Origin: Octopus vulgaris
Lineage: Eukaryota
DNA length: 64,000 nt
Assembly: GCA_951406725.2 (NCBI GenBank)
Contig: OX597828.1
Location: 28,210,001-28,274,000, forward strand
Direction of reading: 5' to 3'
How positions within the stretch are numbered: the stretch's first letter is position 1; each line of letters starts with the position of its first letter. Below are positions 1 to 13,148 of the stretch, in pieces. Made by a program: the position numbers and the translations under genes. The notes beneath the pieces are model-generated. The model searched no databases, was not told the origin of the DNA, and saw only the letters and a program-made list of their open reading frames with translations.

Positions 1-176
1 ACAATGGTAATGAGGTTGAATAATAATGATTACTAATGTTCTTGCCAAAGACAAACATCACAGCTTCTCATTTCTTCTGCGAAAATCTTTCTCTGCAAAA
101 TACCAAAAAAAAATTTTTCTGAATTAAGTGTCAGTATAGACATACACTTTAGCAAATGATCATTTCAGTTGTTAAA

Positions 177-219
<43 letters not shown>

Positions 220-550
220 TATATATATACATATATACACACACACATGCATATTTATATATAACTATATATATATATATGTATATATATACATATATAT
301 ATATATATGCACACACTGCACTTAAATGATCCATTTAATATCTTTTGCCACTTTTACTTCTTTATATCATCACATCTGCTTTTAACAGCTTTAAATAATT
401 TATTAGTTTCATAAAATTATCATTATTATCATTATTATTATCATCATCATAATTATTATTATTATTATTATTATTATTATTGCTGTTGTTGTTGTTGTTG
501 TTGTTGTTATAGAAATCAATATTAATTGATGCTAGAAATCATATATCATC

Positions 551-609
<59 letters not shown>

Positions 610-1078
610 TAGTAGTAGTAGTAATAGTAGTAGTAGCAGTAGTCTGAAGATTGAGTTTTGTAAATATATTTAATAATTTGATATATGCAAATGAAGACAA
701 TATTCCTTGCGGAAAGACCAGAACCAGTATGTATGATAGTAAACACCATAGCATTTACATAAATTAGCATATTGAGTAAAGCTTAATTCCATTGCCTAGC
801 CATTCCAAGAAAAAAAAAAAAAAGGAAGGAAAATCTTTCTGTATCCTTCCTGATTTGATCATAGTTTTTACCATGATTTTTTTTTTCTTTTGTTGCTTGT
901 TTGTTTTCTTGTGACAGCATGGGGTTTGTTCTCCAAATGCTAATCATAGGACATTATTTGACAACTGGTGAGCTAATGGAAAAGAATCCTGATCATTTAT
1001 GGAAGTTAATGCAAAAAAAACAAACAATAATAATAAATTTATAAATAAATAAACTACCATTCCTCCTCACTAGATTTT

Positions 1079-1130
<52 letters not shown>

Positions 1131-1333
1131 GTGTATTATCACACCTTACTCTATCCATGAGCCCTTCTGTTTCATTTACCCCACCCTCTTCTCACCACCA
1201 GCACCACCAATATCATCAGCATTACTGACACCAATATGCTCACTGCTTATATCCATCCATCCATCCATCTCTTCAGTAGATTGCAGTCACCACTGTGTGT
1301 CCCTTTTTTAGCTGCAGGTAACATCTTAAAAAC

Positions 1334-1598
1334 CCGGTTGCTACTATTTTTCCTCAGGTACTGGATGATCTAAAAGACCTCTAAGTTTTTCAGCTGTGCT
1401 GTACACATCACTACTGCAACAATCAGTGCCGCTAGCGGTTGTTCTCTTTGCTTCTATTAGTGGTGTGTTATGTTGGGTTGGGGTTAGGTTTAGGGTTGTG
1501 TTCTATTGGGTTGGCGTTGGGTTCGATGTGATTGTTGGTGAGAGAGTAAAGATGGATAAAACAACAGAAATTTCTTGGTAAAAAGTCAGATAATCCTT
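1334..1598. mobile_element. Degenerate MITE-like element with telomere-like core
   Basis: Core GGGTTGGGGTTAGGTTTAGGGTT (~1475-1498). Weakly inverted ends (ggttgctactatttttcc / ggtaaaaagtcagataatcc). Similar layout to the clearer element at 49276. Confidence 0.3.
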
Positions 1599-3418
1599 CG
1601 TTATTCCTTCATATTATGCAAAAATAAGTTGTACATTGTTGTTTTACAGGGTATGAATAGAAGTGGCCTGAGGGACACACAACCAAGACTTCTAAAGAGC
1701 TGCCTGCCTTCTTGTCCGAAATTGACTTGGAGTTCTTTGTAGTTGTTTTTGTTTTGTCTTTTACTACACAAAAATGGAATACAACATACACACACACTCT
1801 CACACACACAATTGTATCCTCTAGTTGATGCTATGCCACTTTGTTGTCCCTTACAATATGGCCAACATGACCAGCTTCCATCATCGTCTGTTTACTGTGA
1901 CTTTTGACCTGCAGTTTTTATGAAAAGTCGAGAGATTTCACTGTGGATATTGTTATTAATGCTTAGCCTTAACCTAAAAACATGTTGTATTGACAAAGTC
2001 CCTTTGGCTATTGATGAACCTGGCTGTCTGGCCACCAGTTAGAGAGAAAAAGTGAGAGAGAAAGCTATATAGTATCTCTTAAGTCCTTCCTCTTTCTCCT
2101 ATTTCAGTCCACTCCACCAGACTTCCTTCTTTGGACATTCTCTACCTCCCCTCCCTCCCCCTTCTTAACTTTTCGTTTGACTCCCCCTCTTACCTCTCTC
2201 TTACTACCTTTCTCTCTCTCTCTTCCGCTCTCTCTCAGCACCTTTCACTCCTTCCCTTTCTCTCACACATACATGAAAGTTCTTTCTCATATATATATAT
2301 ATATATATATATCTTCTCTGTGTGTGTTGCATACTTTGTCTTCCACCTCCCCTCCCCATCCCATCTCTTCCCTCATGCTTTTTTTATTCTTATCAAAATG
2401 TTTTTCTATGTTATTATAAATATAAATAAGTTTTACGGTATTATAAATCGTTAAATTTTAATGACTGAGGTATACTCACAAATGACTCAGCTATACTTTC
2501 TAACAATCCAATCATATTCTCTAATGATACAACTAATTACCTACCTGCACTTTCAAATAGTCCCACTGTACTCTCAGGTAACCTAAATGTACCCTTAAAT
2601 AGTTCTGGGCTAACCAAAGTTTTGTGAGTGGATTTCATAAACAGAAACTGAAAGAAACCCATTATATATATTTAAGTATGTTTAGTTTTAACTTATATTT
2701 ATTGTAATTTCTCAGGATCCTGGCTATGGATCAAATAAATTTCCAGTCCCGGGTCAGATATCAAACTGTATCTGGTGGTGAGGCTCCAGTTTGGGAGCCC
2801 TGAAGGCATGGGGAGCTTGTCAGAGACACCCCTTAATTACTGTTACTCCCAGGTTCATTCTGACCCCAAATGGTAGTAACCATCAGGGTCCCATCTATGA
2901 GTTAAGGAGATTTTCCAAAAGTAGAGAAAGCTTTTTTTTTTTATGAAACTTTGGAAACGGCTGCTCTTCCAGGAGAAAGATTCTCTGACATAGAACTTGC
3001 AGTCAAAATGGTTCCCAGACATCTTGCAATGCTTGTCACTAGAACCTATAATGGTAACTGGGATAATGACAAAAATACCTCTGTCACTTAAACCCAGTGG
3101 CTTACAGGTGTCTCACTATCATTTCTGAAGATAAGGCAATCATCCTCTGTGTGTGTGTGTGTGTGTGTGTAACTTTGTCTAGGTTTCAAATGATGGTTGT
3201 AAAAGAACATCATCGTCATCACATATGTGAAATCCTTTGTTTGCTGTCTTCTGTGAAAGCCATGTCTACCTCTAGGAAAATATTACTTTTACCGAGAATC
3301 AGGTAAGTGTTGGCAATAGGCATCTGGCCAAGAAGATCTGCCTCAACAAATTCTGTCTGACCCATGGGAAAGTGAGAATTGAATTAAAGATGATATTATT
3401 ATTATATAGACCCAAAGT

Positions 3419-3645
3419 AAGGCAGCAAGCTAGCAGAATCATTAGCATGCCAGGCGAATGCTTACCGGTATTTTGTCTGTTGCCATATTCTGTGTTCAAA
3501 TTCCACTGAGGTCGACTTTGCCTTTCATCCTTTCGGGGTCAATAAATTAAGTAGCAGTGAAACACTGGGGTCGATGTAATCGAGTAGTCCCCCCCCACCC
3601 CACAAAAAAATTTTCAGGCCTTGTTCCTATAGTAGAAAGAATAAT
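3419..3645 (+). mobile_element. tRNA-derived SINE, family A (Deu/Nin-like domain)
   Basis: Head aggcagcaagctagcagaatc...gttcaaattcc (A/B-box-like), then ggtcgactttgcctttcatcctttcggggtc. Many copies in the window. Confidence 0.85.
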
Positions 3646-3899
3646 GTAGACCCAAAGGTATAGTAGAAGACAGTTGTCCAATGCCACAGGCAATGGGAGT
3701 GAACCAGAAAGCATGTAAGTGTGAAGCAAACATGTGAACCATGTAACCACACTGGCACCATTGGGCAGAGGAATCAAATCTCAGCCAATTGTTCTGTGTT
3801 CTTACTATTTCTTTCAGTCAAATGAAAAAGTAAAGAGAGATAAAGGAAATGTATACAAAAGTGTGTGTGTGTGAGTGTGTATCATTTGACAGTAACTAA

Positions 3900-4210
3900 T
3901 AGGTAAATATACGATGGAATCTACCGAAGACAATATACAAGAGTTCAGTCTGTGCTGAATGACCTGCACAAATGATTTTATTTAATGTGATCAAGCGTAT
4001 GTGTTGTACATTAGCTCATCCCCTTCCATCAAATCAAGGTTGTCTCAAAAAAGGTGTATGATGTACCACACATCAGGTGTCAAAGTGATCGTAGAGCAAT
4101 GTGAGATGAAGTGTTTTGCTCAAAAACACAATGCATCACCTTGTCCAGAAATTGAAGCTATGATCTCGCAATTTTGAGTGCAACACCCTAAGCACCAGGC
4201 CATTGCCCTC
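3900..4210 (-). mobile_element. Degenerate tRNA-derived SINE
   Basis: Reverse complement begins gagggcaatggcctggtgcttagggtgttgcactc, a tRNA-like head related to the SINE at 57385. Confidence 0.6.
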
Positions 4211-5016
4211 TATTTAATGCATTATATATTATGTTTCTGTAGACTGACATATTTTAACATAGGAATATATATATCCATGTCAGAGTTTTAATGACCAGCT
4301 GCATCTACCCTAACATCAAACATAAATCTCTTTTACTGAATCCATTTGGAGAGACAATGGTGTTTACAACACAAGTCAGAACACTGAAGCAACCTCTCCA
4401 GGGTGCAAATTTGAAGAGGATGTAGAAAGAGTTTGTGTTACCATAATTTTAAAATTCCCATCTTGTCCACATTGGTATGATTTTTAAAAAAAAGTCTAAA
4501 GTTTCAAACCAGAGTCAATTCAGGAGTTGCCTAAATATTGTCGCTTTGAACAATATATTGCCATTTGTCAGTGTGTATGTGTGTGTGTACACACGTATAT
4601 TTTATCGATTCTCTACATCAAATCACACACAGTTTTCACACTGAAATTACAGATTTTTAAACAACAAAGAAAAAATAGTAATGACCACTATTAATTTAAT
4701 AAAGTAGCATTAGAAAGCATGTGAATAGAGTAAGAAAATAAGACAATTTTACATGTTTTTTTTTTTATTCCAAGTCCTTCATAACCCAAAGACATTGCTT
4801 CCTTTTTTTTTTACATCTTTTCCCGTTATTTGTTGTGTATTTGGTTATTTGTTTCACCTCCTTTACACTGGAATAATACACCATAATATACACACACACA
4901 TATATATATATATATACATGCATATGTGTGTATATGTATGTGTTTATATCTATCATCATTTAACGTCCACCTTCCATGCTAGCATGTGTATATGTATGAA
5001 TGTATGTATGTATATA

Positions 5017-5065
<49 letters not shown>

Positions 5066-5067
<2 letters not shown>

Positions 5068-5546
5068 TTAGATAAGCCAAGCTTCAGTTGCAGATGAAAT
5101 GCAAGTCTGTGCAACAAACTTGTGCTTGCATGTGTATATGTATGTATGTATGTATGTTTTTGCCTTCAATGTTTTAGGTTTCACAAATATGAACACATCA
5201 CCACACTAATATGGACCTTCCAAGTTGCATGTGCATGTTGGATATTATGTACAATCATATGTGTGTGTGTGTGTGAGAGAGAATATTTGTGTATTACATT
5301 ACATTAAAATTAAAATGATTCATCACAAATGGCCATATGTTTAACCCTCTGCAAGCTTATCAAATAAACGAAGTATAATGTAATGTAAAATGTATTTCTA
5401 GCATCTGACCTTGTCTTCAGCTCCTTTTACTGAGAGTTGCTTTGTGATAAGAAGATAAGAAGTTTACTTCTCAACTACATAAGTTTGAATTCAATTACAT
5501 GAAAGTTTTATAAATGGATTTTGTTGACAGTGTCTGAAAGAAGTCC

Positions 5547-5580
<34 letters not shown>

Positions 5581-6539
5581 GTCATAGAAACAGTGCTATT
5601 CATTTCCAGCATTTTGTGAAATCGGAATCGAAATTAAACCAATCCTATGACTGGCACCCGGCAGTTGCCAGGACCCCTGGACTGGTGGTACGTAGAAAGC
5701 GCTATCCGAATCATGGCCGATGCCAGCGTCGCCTCGACTAGCTTCCGTGCCGGTGGCACGTAATAAGCACCATCCGAATCGTGGCCGATGCCAGTGCCGC
5801 CTCGACTGGCTTCCATGCCGATGGCACGTAAAATGCACCAATCCGATTGTGGCCGTTGCCAGCCTCGCCTAGCACCTGTGCAGGTGGCACGTAAAAAGCA
5901 CCCACTACACTCACGGAGTGGTTGGCGTTAGGAAGGGCATCCAGCTGTAGAAATACTGCCAGATCAGACTGGAGCCTGGTGCAGCCTTCTGGCTTCCCAG
6001 ATCCCCGGTCAAACCGTCCAACCCATGCTAGCATGGAGAACGGACGTTAAACGATGATGATGATGATGTGTCTGTCCAAAGAGAAATACTGCCTTGTTTT
6101 GTAAAGAGGCGAGGGTTGGTGACAGGAAGGGCATCCAGTCATAGAAAATTTATCTTAATAAAGTCTGTATTGAAAAGTGGACAATAAACAAATAAACAAT
6201 GATGTGTGTGTGTGTGTGTGTTTACCAAAGCATACATATAACATCTTTATATTAGTGTATGTGTGTGTGTTTGCATATAAACACTCACACATTCACATAT
6301 ATTCATATTTCATAACATTCTAGGGTCTCTCTATCAAAAATCTATAATATTTTTAAAAGCGGTTTTCTCTTATATGAAAGTTATTTGTTGTATCTGTTAT
6401 CTGTAACTGGGTATTAATATCACAGTTTGCTTGTCATCTGACCATCTCTTGCCCCATTGCTTTCAGTTGCTAGTCTCCTGCACAAGTTTGTTGCACAGAC
6501 TTGCATTTCATCTGCAACTGAAGCTTGGCTTATCTAATC
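5066..6539. repeat. Perfect 60-bp inverted repeat pair (5066-5125 / 6480-6539)
   Basis: gattagataagccaagcttcagttgcagatgaaatgcaagtctgtgcaacaaacttgtgc and its exact reverse complement. Both abut (TG)n/(CA)n. Confidence 0.95.
5620..6068 (+). mobile_element. RTE-clade LINE 3' UTR/tail with internal ~65-bp tandem units
   Basis: Repeated ggtggcacgtaaaaagcacc units, then gagtggttggcgttaggaagggcatccagctgtagaaa...gttaaacgatgatgatg. The same tail follows RTE coding sequence at 44833-45680. Confidence 0.85.
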
Positions 6540-7419
6540 ACACACACACACACATAACTGTCTGATTCTGAGAGTAGCAGAGTCAGCTAGTTTTAACCAG
6601 CACAGCAACAACAAACAGCAGCACCACCACCACCTTGTACAGTCGATCTGAGAGTGTCTGGTGCTTTACATCTGACATCTTTAATTAGTTTTATACTCGC
6701 TGCTGTAAAAGTACACTTTTGCATCTACTGTTGCACTTCTCTTGCATACAAAATTTTACATATATGCATGTGTGTGTGTGTGTGTGTGTGTGTGGAGAGA
6801 GTGAGAGAGACTTGAAGAGAGAGAACTGGTTAGCTATGTCAGTACAGCTCTAGTCATGATTTAATGTGTGTGTGTATATATACATATATATATATATCTG
6901 TGTGTGTGTAAATACAAGATCCAGGAGCTAAGTGTAGGAAGTTTGTAAGCTTTGAACAGTCCATGGTAAGTATAAGAAAACAATGTTCAGGAACAGTAAT
7001 AACTTATTATCAAGGCTTGTAGGCTGTTCTCATATCAAACTTTGATAAGCTAAACAAAATTTTTTATACAGTTGACGTTTAGCAACTTGAATCACTGTGA
7101 ATGCAAATAAAAATCCAAATTTCTCTTCTTTTATGTATTTTTCTTCACTCTGATGAAGCCCCATGTTCCAGATCAGATGTATTACAAAATATGACGAATT
7201 CTAAGAATTTTCAATGGTAATACCGTGGAACATTGGAATCAGAAACGGCTGTTAGATGGGATAAAGTCTTTGTGTTAAAAAGTAATAATCAATGTTAGTC
7301 AATTGTTGTTGATCAATATTTCTCCATTTTCTGTTTACTTTATACATATATATGTATATAATGTGTGTGTATATATATAAAGAGAAAGAGAGAGAGTTAA
7401 CTTTTTCTTTAAAATAAGA

Positions 7420-8660
7420 TTTTAAAAAAGTACTCCATCTGGTAAGAGATAAATATTATTCATTATACGCAATATATAGTCATGAGCTACTAATAGCTTC
7501 AGACATTGGAGATGTTGTCAAGACAGATTTTTATAACATCCCAAGCAATCTTCAGGTTTTAAGAACATGATCTATTCAAGTTACAAATGAGGACAATAGA
7601 ACAAGAGAAATCACCAAAAAAGAAAAAAAAGCAAAGTGGATGCAAAAATTGGAAGTGAAAAAAGAAAAAACAAAAGCAGAAAGATAATTATGTTAATATC
7701 ACCTTTGACCATAAAACCATAAGGCTAGATGGTGTAGAATCAACAGAATGGGTCTAAAGTCTACAATACAGCTGCTCAACTGGAGAGGGTGGTGTTCTGC
7801 AATTCACCAAAAGAAACTTATCCATATGTCTGCATTTTCTGAAAATTTCTGATCTAGAATTCATCAATGCATTGGAATTCTTAGAACTAAAAAGTATATA
7901 TGATCTTTCATCTATGTATAACTGCATTTTTGAGATACATTAACATATGGTATGGATTTTTCTATGATTTTCCACTTGATTGTATATGAATAGAGTTGGT
8001 CTTCAAACTTCATACATGGCTAACCAACTTAATGGCTTTACTTTTGTTCATATGCCAGAAAGAAGATAGGTGGTTATCATATCATTTTTTGAATTCGCCT
8101 TCACATAGCTTGATGTAATTCTTTTTAATTAGGTTATCATGTTGCATTGCTGTAACTTCTGCCTCATACACACCAGAATTTATCATGCACTCCTGGTCAA
8201 GTGGACAAGTTCCAGGGTCTCAACATTTGCAACTGGGAGTGGGTTGTTGATGGTGTTTATGGGTAATGATATTCTTCATTTTGAGACAGTAGCCATATGA
8301 TAATTTAATTGAGTATCTGTTAAATATCTTTTAAGGATCTTTTTGTATTTGTGATTTTCCCATAAATACTTATCCAAGAGGGATAGGAATCTCTTATCTA
8401 CATTATTTTTAACATTTAAGAAGTGGGGTGTGAACCAAATTATTTTCCTAGTTATTTTCCTAACTCTGTTTTTATTATTCATATAACTGTTAGAAGGGTT
8501 GTAATATATCTTATCTTTGAAGTCACTGTTAGTTAGGTCATTGTTGTAGTAGGGGCTTACTTTATCAAACATTTCTTTAAAAGAAGAGAGATTGGATATC
8601 CTGTTGCTAATGTTAGCTAGCAGGTTTTAAAACATTATAGGGGGTGTGGATGGACTGTTT
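7420..8660 (-). mobile_element. Degraded Penelope-like element (linker + GIY-YIG endonuclease + 3' end)
   Basis: ORF 8276-8572 has RKIIWFTPHF...RFLSLLDKYL, the PLE IIWFNPP-type linker. Downstream frames give CPLDQEC...VYEAEVT...NYIKLCEGEFKK*YDNHLSSF, with stops and frameshifts. Confidence 0.85.
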
Positions 8661-8889
8661 GTGCAAGTAAGAATGTTTTTCGTTAGGTTTATCATATCAT
8701 TTATAAAGTGAGAGTTTAGATCTAAGGAAACATTAAAAATATCAACTTTTGACACATTAGTAGTGAGTGTAATTTTGAGGCATAATTGACTACAGGTAGT
8801 GATGAGGTTTTCCTAAATTTATCAAGAGTGTGACCATCACAACCATGGGAATCTCCCAATCCATCGTTTTGGTATATACCAACAGCATA

Positions 8890-9185
8890 GGATGGGGATT
8901 TGGATCTTGATGTAGAAACATATAAGATTGCAGATGTCAGCACTGTCGTACAATCCCATATCAATGCGATCATGTGACGTAGCTCACTCAGATTATTACT
9001 TGTCCCAATCCATAGCTCACTTCCTACCCTCACAACATTTTGCCAAGAGGAAGTGGAAGCCTCAGTGAATAAATTCTTTACCTTGAAGAGCAAGAACTGG
9101 TATCAGCATAGGATCAAAGAACTAGCAGAAAAAGGTGGCTTCAGACAGTGCAGCATGATGACCTCAACTTTGAATGTTAAGCTAC
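8890..9185 (+). mobile_element. mariner transposase C-terminal fragment (pseudogenised)
   Basis: Translates DVAHSDYYLSQSIAHFL...EEVEASVNKFFTLKSKNWYQHRIKELAE, matching the mariner YSPDLAPSDYxLF motif region. Confidence 0.75.
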
Positions 9186-9229
9186 TTTTAAGGTAACTTG
9201 ATGAATGAAGCAAATAAGTTACCAAAATA

Positions 9230-9310
9230 TTGCAGTTGTCCTTCACTACCTCATCCCATGTCTTCCTGAGTCTCCTTCTGCCACTAGTTTGAGAGATCAC
9301 CACTTTTTGA
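9230..9310 (-). mobile_element. RTE ORF C-terminal fragment
   Basis: GRRRLRKTWDEVVKD, similar to the RTE GRPRKTW motif. Confidence 0.6.
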
Positions 9311-10359
9311 TCTGAATTTGATACACCTAAACAGTAATGCAACTCTCACCTCAAACAATAAACTCATCTATAATATCTTTCCACCAGCACTCACCCTACA
9401 AGGATACTTTTCTCCTGCCCTTCCCTTTTACCTTGCCTATGTAACTACTTCCCAGATATATGCACACCAAACCAAATTATCATTCCACATAGCCTCATAT
9501 ATCCCCAAAACACCAACTTATCAGAAGTTGCATGAAAACAAGAGGAACCCAAATGTACTGCAGTTTCATGATGGCTAGCAAGCCAAAACTTTGAAGTCAC
9601 TATCACTCCTCTTGTAAAAAGTATAATATATACACATATATATGTACTATCCTCATTACAGGTGGATAAGTATAAGATATCAAAAATATGGGACCGATTG
9701 TAAGGAGTAATTAATGTAGAGGTATGTTAAATGTATAATTGAGTACATGTGGAAGTAATAGCTGAACCAATATAAGCATGTATAACTATTTATTGAATAG
9801 TACATGATTAAAGGCTAAAATAAAATAAAATAAGTATTTCCATATTGTGTAACCTTTTATAAAAAAAAAAAACCTTGTAAAAAAATGTATTTATAAATTA
9901 CAAACACTGGAAAAATTATGAAAGGATAAAGAAAGTATAGAAATATCACATTCATATATAAAATAATTTATAAAATTTATGAAACACTAAAGTGTAAATA
10001 TAAATATAATATCGTATCATATTATACAGTGAATTTTATAAAAAGAAATTATAAACCCCTCTACAATCTGTAGAAGCTGCACTCATTCATATATGTATGT
10101 ATATATGTATTGTTGCTATTATGCAAAAGTGTTGTATGTCCAAAGCTTTGGTTTTTCAGAAAACGAATTAATAGTTTCACCATTCCATAGCAAAGCCATT
10201 GTACTACACTTTGACAATTTTTGATATCTTGGCATCTTAAGCAGCTGGAGATTTGACAGTTCGACCAAAAGAACCAGCTATTGAAAGCAAAAATAAATAT
10301 TAAAAAAAAAATGCATTTGGCCAAATTTGGACATGTGACAGTTAAACATAATAGCAACT

Positions 10360-10412
10360 ATATATATATATTTATATGTATATGTATATATCTATATGTA
10401 TATGTATATATT

Positions 10413-10443
<31 letters not shown>

Positions 10444-10570
10444 ATGTATATGTATATATGTGTATATATATATATGTATATGTATATATGTATATATATA
10501 TATGTGTGTGTATATATATATACATATATGTATATGTATATATATATATACATATATGTATATATATGCA

Positions 10571-10608
<38 letters not shown>

Positions 10609-10742
10609 CCATTCTTGTTGCTTCTTTCTCGTTTATAATCACCCCACATTACTGTATGGTTAACACCATATAGTTTTCTGGTGCATCTAAGTTAAGTACC
10701 GCATTCAAGTGAATTCATTAGAATTGACTTGAATCTTAATTG

Positions 10743-10797
<55 letters not shown>

Positions 10798-11066
10798 CTA
10801 TTAAGTTCCAGGTGGTGCTATTCAGTTAGACATGGCCTGGGCCAATAATGGCCGAAACCTATCAAAGTATCAAAGTATATATATATATATATATATGTAT
10901 ATATGCATGTATGTATATATACATATATGTATATATATATATATGCATATACGTATATATATGCATATATGTGTATATATATAGATGTGTATATATGTGT
11001 ATATGTATATATATGTATATATATATGCATATATATATATGCATATATATATATAAATATATATAA

Positions 11067-11097
<31 letters not shown>

Positions 11098-11259
11098 TGC
11101 ATAGCCAGGAGGTTGCACCCGGCTCCAGTCTGATCTAGCAGTGTTTCTACAGCTGGAGGCCCTTCCTAACGCCAACCACTCTGTTGGCTTCCCAGACCCC
11201 AGTCGAACCATCCAATCCATGCTAGCATGGAAAACGGACATTAAACGATGATGATGATG

Positions 11260-11295
<36 letters not shown>

Positions 11296-11335
11296 GTATA
11301 TATATATATATATGTGTATATATATATATATATGT
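10360..11335. repeat. Degenerate (TA)n/(TATG)n microsatellite field with short inserts
   Basis: Seen directly. Inserts at ~10607-10748, ~10797-10876 and 11104-11260. Confidence 0.95.
11104..11260. mobile_element. RTE tail with inverted 5' segment
   Basis: 11104-11182 is antisense and 11184-11260 is sense; the two pieces are contiguous in the family consensus. Confidence 0.8.
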
Positions 11336-11754
11336 ATCCAAAAATTGGAGAATGTTGTAGGGAATTGAATCCTTTCAGTTAACACAGGATCTCCAAATGA
11401 CAATGTAAACTTCATATAATCAAGGTATCCTTTACCTTGAAGTGTAGCTTTCAGTCTCCTGCCTCGTTTGGATAATTTACTACTGCCAAGGTTCTGCCTG
11501 GAATTTATCTACTTCATTCCCTAATTTTTAGATGTTTATTCACATATACAACTTCTGTTGCCAACCATGAATTATACAATTAACTTTTTTTCAGTTTATC
11601 ATACTTCGGTACTGGAAAAATTCACAACATTCTGCACCAGTAAACTTCTATTGTTCCAGAAAATTGTTTTTCGTATTTTCTACAGGTTACTTGAAACTCA
11701 CTACCTTCCTACACCTTGATCCTTGGGTCTTCCCTTTACATATCAGTATATATA

Positions 11755-11806
<52 letters not shown>

Positions 11807-11807
<1 letters not shown>

Positions 11808-12010
11808 TACAAGTATAAGGTGTGTTATGAGAATTTATAAACCAAGTATCCTATTGAAACTCAACAAACAAAGATGGAGAAGAGAAAATGTTTTAAAAAG
11901 TTGAAAAGAATTAAAATTCTTTTCAAATTTCTAACATCTTCTCTTCTTCATCTTTAATTGTTTGTTGAGTTTCTATAGCATATTTCTTTTATAAATTCTC
12001 ATACTTGTAG
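11807..12010. repeat. Imperfect ~200-bp palindrome (fold-back/MITE-like)
   Basis: ctacaagtat...gaaactcaacaaacaaagatggagaagaga pairs with tctcttcttcatcttt...tgtttgttgagtttc...atacttgtag. Confidence 0.85.
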
Positions 12011-12130
12011 CATTTTCATATTTGCAAAATTCTTACGACAGTAATCTACCAAAGAAATATGAATCTTTATTAGACATCGACCTTTGGAACCCTCCAAAGT
12101 AAAAGATGAAAAAGAACTCAACCTTTTCTC

Positions 12131-12175
<45 letters not shown>

Positions 12176-12773
12176 CATACATGCATACATATATATATAC
12201 ATACACACGCACGCACACACTCACACACATACACATGCAAACATATGATTTGCAACAATTGCTCAACATAGGATTCTTTCCTTGTTTATTATGTATACAA
12301 CTCAGAATAAAGAGACCAAACTTAAGAACTTCACGCAATATGTTGATTAGGAGGACTTCATATTTACAAGTTCAAATCCCACCTGAACTTCTATTATTCT
12401 TTCTTTTTTTCAGTCTTAACTAAAAACAAAAAAACAAAAAAATCAAAAAATCATGGCCAGTCTACTTCGGAATCATTCAAACCCTTACACCTTACCAGAA
12501 AAAAGAAAAAATAGCCTTGAGCTTTTAATCACAAGAATTCTCTGCTTCATGTGTTTTTCTTTACTATCTATCATATACATGGAGAAGTACAAACTGTTTT
12601 AAGAATTGAAAGTTCCTTTTAAATTATTGATTGGCGCCTATTAGAATTGTCCTCACGTTTCAACGCAGTCTTTTTTTTTAAACTTGAGTCAATATATTCA
12701 GATTTATAAAACTAAGAATAATATTTTAAAGAATATTCTCAAAATCTTTATATTTTATTTGTTTCTGTGCACA

Positions 12774-12816
<43 letters not shown>

Positions 12817-12918
12817 GCCTACATAAACACACTAAAAAAGTATAAATAAGAGCATGTCTATATGTACGTAACAGGATGAGAATGTGTATGTGGGTGTGTA
12901 ATTTTATATATATGTATG

Positions 12919-12964
<46 letters not shown>

Positions 12965-13084
12965 GAGTGTTTAAATGCATCTCTTGATTTGCATGCAAGC
13001 ACAAGAATAGTGTATCTGTACATGTATATGTGTGTGTGTATAGTTATATATATGTATACATGTGGATATATGTGTGTATACATA

Positions 13085-13148
<64 letters not shown>

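Noticed and set aside
2940-3091. ~50-codon open frame (YETLETAALPGERFSDIELAVKM...)
   Set aside because: No splice or start support and no recognisable domain; the opposite strand faintly resembles a decayed R4/Dong end.
5650-5905. Regular repeat-spacer look (also 38580-38825), superficially CRISPR-like
   Set aside because: The spacers are homologous to one another and the array is part of an RTE 3' UTR; eukaryotic context with no cas genes.
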